A stretch of 64,000 nucleotides of DNA from positions 932,273 to 996,272 of the forward strand of contig ML992505.1 in NCBI GenBank assembly GCA_010093995.1, written 5' to 3'. How positions within the stretch are numbered: position 1 is the first letter of the stretch; every line of letters starts with the position of its first letter. Source of the DNA: Elsinoe ampelina. Taxonomy: Eukaryota. The translations under genes and the position numbers were made by a program. Positions 48,047-60,175 of this stretch are shown here, one piece after another. Below the pieces are notes generated by a model. That model was not told the DNA's origin. It did not search any database and saw only the letters and a program-made list of their open reading frames with translations.

Positions 48047-50689
48047 CTACTTCTTGATCCCCCATGCCTCGCCCCGCATCTCGACCTTGCCATCAGTCTC
48101 CAAACCCTTCAACAGCCAAACGACCTCTTCGTTACCATATCCGAACCCATTCGGCATGGCCATGTTGAGCATCATACCAATCCTGGCTGGATCCATCGCA
48201 CCACCATTCGTGAGCATACCGACAATGAACATCTCGTACAGCTGCTTGTTCTCCTCTAGCACTGCAGTCTTGCTCTTGAGCGCCGACACTGCTTCTTCCT
48301 TTTGTGGAGCCGGCACCGCCATGTCTTCTTCCTCTTCCTCCGAGGGCAGCGCCTCCAAGACCTCATACATGTCTCTTTCGACTTCTTTCAGCACTCTCTG
48401 TCCGACCCAGAACGATACAGCGTTGCGGACCAGCAAATCGTCCATCTCCAGCTCCTCCTCGAGCTGTGAGATAGACTTCCTCACCGCATGATCTCCATCT
48501 TCGACATCCATCCCACCACTCTCCTGACCGTCCTGGAAGGCATAAACCACCGAAGCCACCCACGTCTTCACCCCATCTACCTTGATAGTCCTATCCTTGA
48601 ACTCCAGCTCCACACTCACCCGTCCCAGCGCCGACAACCACTCCAGCTTCCTCTGCCTCTTGACAGCCACAAATTCCCGCTCAAAGTCCTTGAGCTTTCT
48701 ATCTACCTGTGGCGGAACCTTGAACTGATCATCGCGAAGCTTAGGCCAGAAGAAAGCACTCAGCACCTTGGCCTCGAAAGTACCGCTACCTCGCTCGGTC
48801 TCGACACCATTGTCCGTTGGTGGCTTGTAGTCAGGGTTACGATACAGCAGACTGCGTTCACCGTTGAACTTGGCCACGGCTGCCTCTTTGAAGACCTCGG
48901 CAAAGCGGCCTTTGAGTATCGGGTTTGCAGGGATGAGAAGCCTCATGCTGTTGACCAGGTCACCGAAAGAGATCCCCTCGTCTGGGATGGCGTCATACAC
49001 ATCTTGGACCTTGGGGAGCTTCGCGCGGATGCTGTTGATGTGTGCGCCGATACGGACTGAGTCTCGCATGTCTCGGAGCATGACGTCGGCGGCCTGTAAT
49101 CGATCGTCGCCGAGGCGGCTCTTGAGCATGTCGACAAGACGGGTTTCGATCGCTAGTGTTTCGTCTTCGGATCGGAGCAGTCGTTCTCCGAGGATAGCCT
49201 CGATCTCCTTGATGAAGGCGTCACGTTCAAAGAGGGAGAGTGTGAAATGTACAATGTCGTTGTGACGGGTCAGGCGGTGGTCGGGACCTGCGTCGATTGG
49301 ATCCGGCTGCCAGTTCATGTCGGCCCAATCGAGCGGCGGCTTCGGCGCAGCAAGGATGGACTCTGAGCGTTGAACTTCGTAGGTGATTGCCGTGCAGACC
49401 TCTTCTGGGTTAGTGGCACCGTTGGGGAGGAGAGCATTATTCTCATCCAGCTCAGCTAGGAATGAGGAGGCGATGACTTTGACGGTATCTGTTCGCTCTC
49501 GCAGCAGCCCGCGAAGAGGAGGAGCTACACGTTCTAGCAAGACGCCTTGGGGTGATAACGTAAAGCAGACATGGATCAATTTCACATATATGCCGAGTAA
49601 TTCGGCTGTGGTAGCTCCGGCATGAAGTAGTCGATTCTCCATCTGATGCACAAGTGCGGACCGGATAGCGTCTTTGTTCTCCCGAGATGCTTCACCGTAT
49701 TCCTTGAGCTCTGAGATTGCACCGGTCGACTCAGGCCACTGCTGTACATAATCGAGCAGATTTGGCAGACGTGCTCGACCAAGCACGTTGCGCGCCAATT
49801 TCTGATAGTAGGAGATTGTGTTGGTATCATCGCTAGAACGAATGGCTGGATAGAGCTGAGTCTCGACCCATGTGTCCAATGCGACAGTTCGGCTGGTCCG
49901 CGATAGCCAATCTACACGCATCTGAGAGCTCTGGCTGACGTGTGTCGATATGACGGATTGAACTGCTCGAGCCAAAGCACGATCTGTGACCACAGAGCCG
50001 AATGTGTATCTCAAAGAAGCGACGTTAGTACCACTATGACCGTGAACACCGCCTGTAGTCCGTGTAGGGTCGTTCTCGCTAGCTGTGGAAGTCACCCGGT
50101 GCAGCTCGTTGTAGAGGGAATAGGCAAGGACAGCTTCTAGTCGATCTTGAGGGATGAAACGTAGAGCGGAGGACCTGAAAGACTCCTCCGCAGTCTTGTG
50201 CAGTATATTGACCGCCGATAGATCCGAGTCTAGCTCAGACTGCAGGGATTTAGTGACTTGAGCAAGTCCCGACTGTAAATGCATGGCCGACTGACCCAGT
50301 GCAGTCGCTGCATTTGTCCTTGCGATTGGACCTTTCCAAAGCTTCTCCAGCAGAGGTCTGATTTCCCGATTGACATACAATCGGATGTGATGATTGAACC
50401 AATCGATGACTCTCGGAAGTCCTTGGTCCCCAGTCTCTGTCGCGAGGAAGTCAAGTGCTTGATGAAGCTGTGGCGATTTGGTACCATTTGGAAGTAGCCA
50501 CTCCGTAACGATTCTGAAAGCAGCCTGATGATCATTGAATGTGACCGATGGTACAGGCTCGGAGATCTGCTGTGATTGAGGTGATGTTGGCGCGCCTATA
50601 TAAGGCGACGCAGTAGGCGTTGGCAGCGCGTAGTCCTGAGGTGGGAAGACATGCTCGAAAGCTCGTCTTGAGCTGGCAGTGAGAGCCAT
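48047..50689 (-). CDS. APC2: Anaphase-promoting complex subunit 2 (cullin-like)
   Basis: RLLHAGATT, NWQPDPIDA, LGERLL, ADVMLRDM, LSAFFWP, RKLEWLSALG, C-terminal WHB FIVGMLTNGGAM. Intronless, 880 aa. Confidence 0.93.
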   Translation of the reverse strand: MALTASSRRAFEHVFPPQDYALPTPTASPYIGAPTSPQSQQISEPVPSVTFNDHQAAFRIVTEWLLPNGTKSPQLHQALDFLATETGDQGLPRVIDWFNHHIRLYVNREIRPLLEKLWKGPIARTNAATALGQSAMHLQSGLAQVTKSLQSELDSDLSAVNILHKTAEESFRSSALRFIPQDRLEAVLAYSLYNELHRVTSTASENDPTRTTGGVHGHSGTNVASLRYTFGSVVTDRALARAVQSVISTHVSQSSQMRVDWLSRTSRTVALDTWVETQLYPAIRSSDDTNTISYYQKLARNVLGRARLPNLLDYVQQWPESTGAISELKEYGEASRENKDAIRSALVHQMENRLLHAGATTAELLGIYVKLIHVCFTLSPQGVLLERVAPPLRGLLRERTDTVKVIASSFLAELDENNALLPNGATNPEEVCTAITYEVQRSESILAAPKPPLDWADMNWQPDPIDAGPDHRLTRHNDIVHFTLSLFERDAFIKEIEAILGERLLRSEDETLAIETRLVDMLKSRLGDDRLQAADVMLRDMRDSVRIGAHINSIRAKLPKVQDVYDAIPDEGISFGDLVNSMRLLIPANPILKGRFAEVFKEAAVAKFNGERSLLYRNPDYKPPTDNGVETERGSGTFEAKVLSAFFWPKLRDDQFKVPPQVDRKLKDFEREFVAVKRQRKLEWLSALGRVSVELEFKDRTIKVDGVKTWVASVVYAFQDGQESGGMDVEDGDHAVRKSISQLEEELEMDDLLVRNAVSFWVGQRVLKEVERDMYEVLEALPSEEEEEDMAVPAPQKEEAVSALKSKTAVLEENKQLYEMFIVGMLTNGGAMDPARIGMMLNMAMPNGFGYGNEEVVWLLKGLETDGKVEMRGEAWGIKK

Positions 50690-51250
50690 TGTCTACATCG
50701 ATGATCATCTACGACCCTTCTATTGCTCTCATGGTATTGCAAATGCGATCATCGTACGTTCGCGGCTGAGAGTGTGAATGATGGGCCAAGGTGAGTTGTT
50801 TGTCTACCTCCGTCGTTCAAGCGGCAATTCGACCACCTTGACTTCTCCGCAACCACCTCCGTCTTGACCTCCTACGTCTCTGTCGACATCATCCTAGATC
50901 AGGTGCTTCCCGAGGACGACAAAACACGAATGGACCTGTGGACTTGATCTGATATTATGCGCACATTCCTCGCAGGATCCGCATTGCCTTCGACGTATCG
51001 TTGCCTTCAGACCTAAGAGTCACCATCGCCTCACATTTGATCAAGCAAATCCTCTCAGCAGCACTGATCAAAGCAATACATCTTCCAATCCGATCTTGTC
51101 CCTTGTCGTCTATAGACCTTCGTGCGAGCATTACGACAAAGGACCGCCTGCTTGAACCCCGACTTCCGAGCTACGCTTGCTTCCTCGAGATCAGCGACCT
51201 GCTAGACTTTGTTCTTCCGTAAACAGCTCCGCTCCGATGCTGGAATAAGC

Positions 51251-53992
51251 ATGGAAGTTGATGGAGAGGAGCTACTTCTTCCCGTCAGGACAGTGCCGCC
51301 GATACACAATGCCCACCCAAGCACGCCACGCCGGTTGCGACTCTTGGACCTGCCAGTGGACGTGCTAAACCAGATCGTGAAGCACGTAGGTATCATCTCC
51401 TTATCTCCGTCACCTCGCTAACAATATCAGATCACGCATACGAACGACTTGACCTCGACAGCGCTGGTCCATTCTGCCCTTCACGCTCTGGCCATTCCTC
51501 AAATCTACAATCGCTTCGACATTGTCTGGCCCGATGGATCGACCGCGGGAGAGCCAAGAGGAGGTGTGGATGCACTCACATATGGTTTGGCGACGCTGAA
51601 TATGGCTGAAGATGTGTTTGGTGAGGCAGATTGGCAAAGAGAAAAGAGACAGATCGGGAACGTCGCAAATCAGGGCCATCCGGAAAGACAAACACGAAGA
51701 CGGAGGGGGAACTACTATGCACGATACATTCGCAAATTTTCACTTGGAAACGGACCTCCAGACTGGGTAGAGGAGTATCTCACGAATAAAGAAGCTGGGA
51801 AAATGCTGGGCACGCTGGTGGCACTCGCAATTGCTCGAATGAAGAGCCTGGAGACCTTTGTATGGGATATGCCGACCGGGGTCATATGCGATGTCTGGAC
51901 GTCGCTGTCATATCTTGGAGATCGCGAAGACGGAGAACAGTGTCGATTGGAGAAGATCTGGATCAGGTGGCATCGCAACACGCATCTATACCCGCAGATT
52001 CCTCTCCCTGCTCAGGACCCGAACGTGCCTCTGCTAAGGATCGACCAGTCAAGTGCGCTTGCGCGGACAGAGCACCCTTCTTTCTCCATCCTACCGCCTT
52101 TGAAGAGCCTGAGCGTTTTGGACATTGACGAGATGCAATACTTGGACGAGATGAGTGTCTTGATTGGCCGCTCTTTGGACAAGCTCAGAGAGCTTCGCGT
52201 GGGCATTGCCGTCGACTGCAGACGTGATGATTGGACAGCAGATTGGACCGGCGATGACCATGAGCAGATCGATTTGTCGAATCCGGTACGGTCGACCGTC
52301 ACGATTGGAGGTCGACGGCGCGGTGGCATCCTCGGGGTACTGACATCTGCATTCCTGGATCTGAAGCAGAGAGATTCTCCTCGAAATTCAATACACCGAC
52401 TACGGCGACGATCAGGAGCAGTACCACTTGTGCCTTCACCGTCAAGGGCACCAAATTTGGCCACTGTTCCGGTGCTACTTCCAGCTCAACATCAGACCAC
52501 AGCCCCATCACACATCCAAGCTGACACAAGTGGACGAGTTGAGCCTGCTATTGGCCTCAAGCTGCCACAAGAAAGCATCAGCGGCATAGTTCTGGAGCAG
52601 CAGAGTGACCCTTTTGTGCAGACCGAACCTGAACAGCCATCCCCAAACCAGGACCAGGGCGGTGATGCGAATGACATTGCGCAAGGAGATGGAGCTCATG
52701 ACGAGATCGCAAGTCTTTCGAGTTCTGCTTCACAATCGATGGACGTGGCGCATTCCACTCCTATGGCAGAGAATCATTCAACGCCGGGACCGACTAGGTC
52801 GCCTGCCGTCGCTCCGTCTTTGACTAAGCATGACAGTGAAAACGACGACAAGGAAGAGGTTCTACCACGTAAGCTTGCACTGGAAACGCTAGAGCTAGAA
52901 TGGGTACCTCTATCTATTCCCGTGCTTCAAGCTGCTCTGGATTGGTCAAAGCTCACTTCAATCACGCTGCTCGACTGTGAGCATCACGATGAGTTGTGGA
53001 CAGCCCTGCACGAAGAGTACGCAAAGGATCTACGAGCGGCACGAGGGGCTCTACTAGGTAGCCCGCGACCACGACGCCAGAGTGTCAGCATACCTCACCC
53101 TTCAGCCGTACGTCTCCGGCTCAAGCACATCCACGTCAACACAGTCACCCTCCCCCTCATTCGCTTCATCAACGAATGTCTCGCCCCCAACACCCTCGAA
53201 TCCCTCTACCTCCAAGACTTCTCTGGATCCGCCCCCATTGTCACCCTCGACACCATCTTCAACGCCGTCATCAAGTTGCACCGCCTCAGCCTCCGCAGCC
53301 TGCTCCTCGACAGCTGCAAACGCCGCAAAAACGGCGCCTTCGGCCGCGGCTCCTCCTGGCGACGCTGGGCCCTCACCCAAGACCAAATCAGATACATCAC
53401 CACCCCCGGCAAACTCCCCTCGCTCTGCGAACTCGGCTTCTGCATCGACTACGCCAAAGACTGGTCCTTGTTCAAACAACGCCTCCCCTCCCTCCCCCGC
53501 CTCCGCTCCCTCTACATGCCCCGCTACACCGTCCCCTACGACCACCCCGACCCTTCCCCGAAAGACCTCGCGAACCAACTCCTCGACGCGGTCCTGTACA
53601 ACGAAGCCATGGACCTCTGCTACATGGGCATCTACGACAAGTGCTTCGAGATCATGGAGGGAGACCCGGACCGCCACCGCGACGGGGCGGCGGCGGGGTC
53701 GAGTAGTCGGCCCGGCGCCGTCGCGGGGACGGGCCACGGACACGCGGAGGAGTCTTCGGAGGAAGACGAGGATGAGGACGACGAAGACGACGAGGACGAC
53801 GAGGATGAGGAGGAGCATTTGCCTAATGCTGGATGGGAGGGGAGGGGGGCTGGCGCCGAGGGCGACTTCGAGTATGTCGGGAGTGAGAGTGAGGGGGAGA
53901 GTGAGGTGGGCAAGGCAAAGTTGCATATCAGGGAGATTTTGTTTTATGATGACAAGGTGCCGATTTTTAGGGTTAGGCATGGGAAGTTGTGA
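51251..53992 (+). CDS. F-box protein with LRR-like region and acidic tail, 2 exons
   Basis: ATG 51251. F-box LLDLPVDVLNQIVKH-ITHTNDL spliced across intron 51386..51430. Long ORF ends REILFYDDKVPIFRVRHGKL. Confidence 0.85.
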
Positions 53993-54250
53993 GGGCGGAA
54001 ACAGGGAAGTAGGATGATAGGGGTGTTGATATGGGTTGGAGGTCTGATTTGGTCGCTTTTTTTGCCCGAGATACCACGGCTGTTGTGACGCACGGGGCTG
54101 AGGGTATTCACTAGATGTAGTATATCTCGCATCTCATGATATATGGATCACGTTTACGGTTGCGAATCATCTGCCATTCTGCGTACTATGCTGAATGGTG
54201 GTGCAGCGTTGCATCAAAGACTGTATTACATGCTTCAATTCCTGCTGCAC

Positions 54251-57200
54251 TTATGCAGTGACTTTCCTCGTACCCTTCTTCTCCACTGTTTCCTTGAGCG
54301 CATCCAATATCTTCTTCCTGCGCTTCTGTTTTTCCTGGTAGAGCCAGACCTCCTCATCCGTCACATTGGCCATCTTCTTCCTTTCTTGAGAGCCTATCAT
54401 ACTCTCTACAAGCATGCTCTGGCTCGGACTTACCGTGGATCCAGAGAGTATCAAGCTCCTTCGCATACTGCTTCCGGGCGGGGTGCGGAAACGACTGCCG
54501 AGCATACCTGACATGCCCATCTTCTCGCCACCATTGATGACGCTACGTCTGTTTGCTTGCCGGAGTGGCGCTGGAGTGGCGAGCGCATTCATGCTCCTGC
54601 TGGGAGGCAGACCGCGACGACTGCTGCGGAGGCTGGAAACGCTACTGCGCATAAGATCTTGCTCGTCGTCATCAAGGGACAGACCGGCAAGACCAGTAGG
54701 CAGGCGACGAATCTGTGCTTCCAGTACGTCAACGTCGCCGGACTTTTGCTCGATCATGGCCGTCATCTTCATGATGGTGTTGGTGACTGCTTCTACAGTA
54801 GGCACGGCCGTAGAGTTGCCAGACCCGATAGAAGCAAGCTCAGCGCGGAGAACGCTGAGTTGTTCTTCGGCGTCCTGCAGTAGGGTTTGGACCTTTGTGT
54901 AGGACTGACGGAGCGAGCTCTGTTGGATCTCTGTCTCTGTCGACAGCGGTGCGTTGCGTTGTGCTGCACGCTTCTCCGGATCGGCGTGAAGCGCTAGCTG
55001 GCGACGGACTTCAGAAGCACGGGTTCGGAGTCGCAGGGTGTCCGTATTAAGTGACGAGAGATCAGCAAGGAGCGAGTCGAGATTGTCGACCTTGGTAGCT
55101 TCGACTTGACCGTCGAGCTTGTTCTCCAGCTTATCCAGGTCGTCGATCTCCACAAGACACCAGTCCTCGTCATCCAAGTCATCGAGTGTACGACCGCCTT
55201 TCTTCCTGAACTGTTCGTGCCCTTGTACAAACGCTTGTAGTGCTCGCACATTGAGACCGAGAGTGTCGATCATGCTGTTGATATCCCTATACACATTCTC
55301 GATTTGTCCGCCTAGACCAGCTGTGTCGCCAGGGCTCACGTAATCTTGATGAGCGATGAAGGGGTCTAAGATCTTAGTCGGCTCGATAGGTAATTCGAGA
55401 AGCGCTTTGATCCTTGCATCCTCGTCGTCAGTCAAGTTGGTCGTTTCCGGCTCTTGTGCTTGCGGAGCAGGTGCTTTCGATGGCCGCAGCGATGAAGATG
55501 GTCTTGCAGCCGAGTTCGCTTGCGGTCTTGGGGGAAGATTTATAGGCTGGGTTGGTACTTGTCTGGTCGCTGGACGACCTGCCGGTGTAGCTGTCGATCG
55601 AATGGGTGATGGTGATCGAGGAGATTCCTTCTGGGGAGGTGCAAAGATGGGACCGCGAGGCAAACCCGCAGGTGTTGTTGATGGAAGGGGAGAATTCTCC
55701 GGCTTTTCTGTGCTTGCAGCGGTCGATGGAAACTGCAAGCGGGAGCCAAAAGGCGTTGACGAAGCTTTGTCAATGGACTGCTGTGTAACTTGGGGCGTCT
55801 CCACGTCTTCTCCAGAACCTTCCTCGCCAGTCTCATCTTCCCATTCTCCTTCCTCAACCTCCTCATCATCCTCTTCTTCATCGCCCTCTTCGCCCTCTCC
55901 ACCGGATTCGCCCTCCTCGCCCTCCTCGTCCAGATCATCATCAAGTCCCTCTTCGGATGCGGCGGGCGACAAGTCGGAGGAATGAGCGTCTGCTAGATCA
56001 ACAGGAGGGCTGCCCGCGATCGGTGGCAAGTCATCGTTCTCGACAGACGTTTTGGGTGCTGCGGTGAAGTCAGGTGGCAAAGGAGCGTCCTCTGGCTCTT
56101 CTTGCTTGATCTTCGGGGTGGGGTCAGGCGGCAGAGGGATGTCGTCGAACCTATCGGCAGCTGATTTTGCACTGGGTTTAGTGAAGTCGGGCGGCAAAGG
56201 AGCATCGTCGGGTGCAGCAGCCTTTGAATCTTCCTTGGGCTTCGAACCGAACAGCGAAGCAGCTGGCTTAGGTGGCGATGCAGGTGTAGATGACTGCAGC
56301 GGGGCTTTCTGCGATGCCTTGTCGGGTGTCGCTGGCTGCTTCGCGGTCTCACCAAGTATGTTACCGAAGGAATTCCCAAACAATGACGCGCCAGCATTTT
56401 GGGATCTCGGGAGGTCGTCCTTCGCGGTGCCATCACCCTTGAAGCCACTAACCATTTTGAACCCGCCCAGGCCACCCTTGCTTTCCGGCTTCGGTGCATT
56501 TGACGCAGGCTCGTCCTCGGTCATGGTGGCCTCTCTGGAGACTGCTGTACTCTGCGGCGCAGACGGCTTACCAAAGGAGAAGCCGCTAGATGGCTGTCCG
56601 AATGAGCCGCCGGTCGTCGACGGTAACGTGACCGTTGACCCAAAGCTTGGCTGTGCATCCTTATTCGTTTGCCCAAACGAAGCAAAGGGAGACTGCTTGG
56701 GTTGCGTGTTGTTACCAAATGCAGCAAATGGGGATGCGGACGGCTTCTCGCTTGACCCGAGGGACCCAAATGGCGATGGGGCTGGTTTGTCTCCTCCTGA
56801 GGCCCCGAAAGGAGATGTGGTAGAGCTTCCTGTATTTGCAAAAGGCGAAGGCTTATCGGCCCCTGTGCTGCTCCCAAATGGTGACGCGGTAGGCTTGCTG
56901 GCACTAGCAAAGCTTCCGAATGGCGATGCTTTCGGTGCTTCATTATTAGCCCCTCCAAATGCGGATCCTGAACTCTGACCAAATTTGGCGAAGCCTGAGG
57001 AGCCACCAGCAGCAGCCCCGAAGGCTGATGCTTGTCCAAAAGCTGGCGCATTCGATTGCGCTGGGGTGTTAGAGGTCCATGGGGACGCTTTGCTGCCCAG
57101 TCCACCAGCTGAGCCGAAAGCTGGGCCTGCTGCTGTGCTCCCTGGCGTCGAAGTCGTTCCAAATGCCGGCTTACCGAAAGCTGGGGTCGCCGAAGAAGTC

Positions 57201-58852
57201 CCAGGCGTTGATGCTGTACCGAATGCTGGCTTTCCAAAAGCTGGTGCTGCTTGTCCAGACGATGGTTGACCACTTGAGCCCCATGGCGATGCCTGGCCAC
57301 CTAAGGCAGAGGAGCCACCAAATGCTGGAGTACTTGTAGATCCAAAAGCTGGCTTGGAAGGCTGCCCGAATGTGCTAGATCCGAAGGCGGGAGTGGTCTG
57401 TGCTTGAGCAGCTGAAGGAGCTGGTGTGGATTGAGATGCGCTCAATTGGCTCGCCGCCGGAGTCTGAGCCGCCACACTGGTCAGTTCTGGATACGCGGTT
57501 CGCTGCCGGATGGACTCGGTGTACATGATCCACCAAGACGAGAGTTTGCCCTCGTTGTCCAGAATCATAAGCGCGGGAACGGGTGAAGCCGTCTCTTCCA
57601 TGTCATCCGAGGTCAGGGGTCGCTTAATTAAGTCTTTGCTTGAAAGATCCAGAGCCTGACCAATGGGTGATGTGTCACCCATTCCATCTGAGCTCATTGG
57701 CATCTGTGCTCGCCGAGAATCATTTGCCATGTTCGTGGTTGTGTACTTGTCCACAATCAAGTTCGAAGCAACGTCGGCAGAAAGTGGTGCGCTAGATTTT
57801 GTGATGACACCTATATCCGTCCCTGCTGATGACGAGATGACCAATGCATCCTCCAAGCTTGGTTTCCAGCCCTTGAGTCGTGAGATGAAGTGGTTGGCAG
57901 GATGTCGCAGGCCAAACCCTGGTACTGGATCGCCAGTGAATTTGGAGGATGTGAATGAGTTTGAAGCCTTGTCGCGATGTAGGACGTGATATGTAGAGTC
58001 GGTGCTGCCGCTAGTCGGGGTGTGTATGGTCAAAAAGTCGTCGTTCGCCAGCCAGTATACCGATGTCATTGGCACTTGACCCTGAAGCTGTGCCGGCGCA
58101 GGTATTGATGCTTTTTGGCTACCAATATGGTCAAATTGAGCAGCCGTACCATCCTCGAGCCCAGCAACCATCTGCTTGCCTTTGGCACTCCAAGATACGC
58201 AGCTGACGCCCTCTTTGAAGTAGGCTCCGGATGGACCCGAAACCAGCTTTCGTTCTTTGAGGTCAGCGATCAGAAGCTGTCCGCCTCCCAGTACCACTGC
58301 GAAGAGGTGCGAGAACTCTGGTGCAGGATTCGCAGCTAGAGCTCGCACAGGTATTCCGCTTGTCGCAAGTTGAAAGGCAGCCTGTTGCTGACCTTGTTGC
58401 ACTGCTTGGGTATCGTACACAGCGAGTCCACCGCCCTCTTCGGCGGCGATAACCAAGCAGCTTCCATCAGAGGAGAAGGATACCTGCGAGACTCTTGGTA
58501 TCTGAATTTTTGCCAGTGGATTGAATGGTTTCGTATTATTATCAGCCGGCGCATCGGAAGTGTACGCCTGTCTGACGGAGTCTGTTGTTGCAATGATAAG
58601 GCTCTCAGGACCAGCAGCTGCGAGCAATCCTTTCGCGGAAGAGACGCTCAACAGTGATGCGGTCGGAGGTGGCAGCCTCTCTGAAGGCCATGCCTGCGGC
58701 AGAAGCTGAACTTTTGTCTCTCCAGCTATCGCAAGAAAACCAAGCCCATCAGTCTGGATGTCCTCAAGGTCGGGACCCTGAGTAACTTGCCCATTGCCTG
58801 TCGCGGAGGATGCTGTGCTCGCTGCGCCCACGTTGCCGAAGCTCCAGGACAT
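54251..58852 (-). CDS. NUP159: FG nucleoporin Nup159/NUP214
   Basis: N-terminal beta-propeller-like region (LPPPTASLLS, VSWSAKGKQ), PAFG/SPFG repeats, APLPPDF repeats, acidic tract, C-terminal coiled coil (YRDINSMIDTLGLN). 1533 aa. Confidence 0.93.
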   Translation of the reverse strand: MSWSFGNVGAASTASSATGNGQVTQGPDLEDIQTDGLGFLAIAGETKVQLLPQAWPSERLPPPTASLLSVSSAKGLLAAAGPESLIIATTDSVRQAYTSDAPADNNTKPFNPLAKIQIPRVSQVSFSSDGSCLVIAAEEGGGLAVYDTQAVQQGQQQAAFQLATSGIPVRALAANPAPEFSHLFAVVLGGGQLLIADLKERKLVSGPSGAYFKEGVSCVSWSAKGKQMVAGLEDGTAAQFDHIGSQKASIPAPAQLQGQVPMTSVYWLANDDFLTIHTPTSGSTDSTYHVLHRDKASNSFTSSKFTGDPVPGFGLRHPANHFISRLKGWKPSLEDALVISSSAGTDIGVITKSSAPLSADVASNLIVDKYTTTNMANDSRRAQMPMSSDGMGDTSPIGQALDLSSKDLIKRPLTSDDMEETASPVPALMILDNEGKLSSWWIMYTESIRQRTAYPELTSVAAQTPAASQLSASQSTPAPSAAQAQTTPAFGSSTFGQPSKPAFGSTSTPAFGGSSALGGQASPWGSSGQPSSGQAAPAFGKPAFGTASTPGTSSATPAFGKPAFGTTSTPGSTAAGPAFGSAGGLGSKASPWTSNTPAQSNAPAFGQASAFGAAAGGSSGFAKFGQSSGSAFGGANNEAPKASPFGSFASASKPTASPFGSSTGADKPSPFANTGSSTTSPFGASGGDKPAPSPFGSLGSSEKPSASPFAAFGNNTQPKQSPFASFGQTNKDAQPSFGSTVTLPSTTGGSFGQPSSGFSFGKPSAPQSTAVSREATMTEDEPASNAPKPESKGGLGGFKMVSGFKGDGTAKDDLPRSQNAGASLFGNSFGNILGETAKQPATPDKASQKAPLQSSTPASPPKPAASLFGSKPKEDSKAAAPDDAPLPPDFTKPSAKSAADRFDDIPLPPDPTPKIKQEEPEDAPLPPDFTAAPKTSVENDDLPPIAGSPPVDLADAHSSDLSPAASEEGLDDDLDEEGEEGESGGEGEEGDEEEDDEEVEEGEWEDETGEEGSGEDVETPQVTQQSIDKASSTPFGSRLQFPSTAASTEKPENSPLPSTTPAGLPRGPIFAPPQKESPRSPSPIRSTATPAGRPATRQVPTQPINLPPRPQANSAARPSSSLRPSKAPAPQAQEPETTNLTDDEDARIKALLELPIEPTKILDPFIAHQDYVSPGDTAGLGGQIENVYRDINSMIDTLGLNVRALQAFVQGHEQFRKKGGRTLDDLDDEDWCLVEIDDLDKLENKLDGQVEATKVDNLDSLLADLSSLNTDTLRLRTRASEVRRQLALHADPEKRAAQRNAPLSTETEIQQSSLRQSYTKVQTLLQDAEEQLSVLRAELASIGSGNSTAVPTVEAVTNTIMKMTAMIEQKSGDVDVLEAQIRRLPTGLAGLSLDDDEQDLMRSSVSSLRSSRRGLPPSRSMNALATPAPLRQANRRSVINGGEKMGMSGMLGSRFRTPPGSSMRRSLILSGSTVSPSQSMLVESMIGSQERKKMANVTDEEVWLYQEKQKRRKKILDALKETVEKKGTRKVTA

Positions 58853-59291
58853 TGTGGAACGCGCTTCAAGAGCTGTGAGTGATATTCCAGAGCAGTCCTT
58901 CCTCCGCGTCTCCTCCGCAGAGTATAGAACGTGTCTTCGCCACTCAGATCATCAGCAGATTGATGTGTCAGTACAGTTTTGGGGTTCTTGTAATAGTATC
59001 CTTATTGGCGTCTTCCTGCTGATCTCGGTTCGCATATATTAATGTGTTGTGGTGAATTCAACGTGATTCTCGATTTTAATGCAGATTACACGCGACAAGA
59101 GTAGAGCTTTGGTGCACGGACCCGGCAAGCTCCAGGCAGAGCAGGACGCCGTCACCAACAGCTGCCTGTCTTGCATCCGCACATCGCATCTCATCACCGC
59201 CGACAATCACTTCATTTCTGTCAGGCTCCAGGCTCTGTCCAGTATCGCCTTCTCAAACCACACGCCGACCGCACTACAGGTTGCTTCCGCC

Positions 59292-60175
59292 ATGCCTGGC
59301 TTCGACTTCTCAAATCACGACCGCAATGTCGCCCTGCACGCACGAGGTGTCCCATTACCCAAAGCGACTAGCACAGGTACGACGATCGTAGGATGCTTGT
59401 ATGATGGAGGCGTGGTCATCGCGGCAGACACAAGAGCAACCAGCGGACCCATAGTAGCAGACAAGGTCAGCTTTCTTCGCATAAAACAATGGAAGCATCT
59501 AACACGAATCCGCAGAATTGCGAGAAGCTTCACTACATCTCCCCTCAGATCTGGTGCGCAGGTGCCGGCACCGCCGCAGACACAGAATTCACCACAGCCC
59601 TCATCTCCTCGAATCTCGAACTCCACGCTCTCTCCACAGGCCGCAAGCCCCGTGTCGCAACATGCATGACCATGCTCAAGCAGCATCTCTTCCGCTACCA
59701 AGGACACATCGGAGCCTACCTCGTCGTGGCTGGGGTTGATCCTAATGGTGCACACCTCTTCACTGTTCACGCCCACGGCAGCACGGATAAACTTCCTTAC
59801 GTGACGATGGGATCTGGTTCATTGGCGGCGATGAGCGTGTTCGAGACACAGTGGCAGCCAAAGCTCACAAGGGATGACGCGGTGAAGCTGACATCAGATG
59901 CCATCTTGGCTGGTATTTTCAACGATCTTGGGTCGGGAAGCAACGTCGATGTTGCCGTCATCACATCAGAGAAGACCACGCTTCTCAGGAACTACACTCA
60001 GCCAAACCAGAGGGAGAAGAAGATGAGGAACTACAAGTTCCAGAAGGGGACAACCGCGGTACTGAACGAGAAGATCATCACGAGGGAGGATATCACAAAG
60101 TACGTCACCGTTCACGAGATCGGGGAGGAAGAAGGCGCCGGCCAAGTGGCAGAGAAGATGGAAGTCGATTCATAG
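59292..60175 (+). CDS. PUP1: 20S proteasome beta-2 subunit, 2 exons
   Basis: Propeptide MPGFDFSN...ATSTG then catalytic [41 protein letters not shown]. Intron 59466..59515. Confidence 0.96.

Noticed and set aside
53967..53977. Telomere-like TTAGGGTTAGG as a possible telomerase template or interstitial telomere
   Set aside because: Fewer than two full repeats, and it lies within the coding end of the F-box gene (FRVR).
59079..59291. In-frame upstream ATG extending PUP1 by 71 aa
   Set aside because: MPGFDFSN at 59292 matches the usual beta-2 propeptide start, and the upstream ATG is probably 5' of the TSS.
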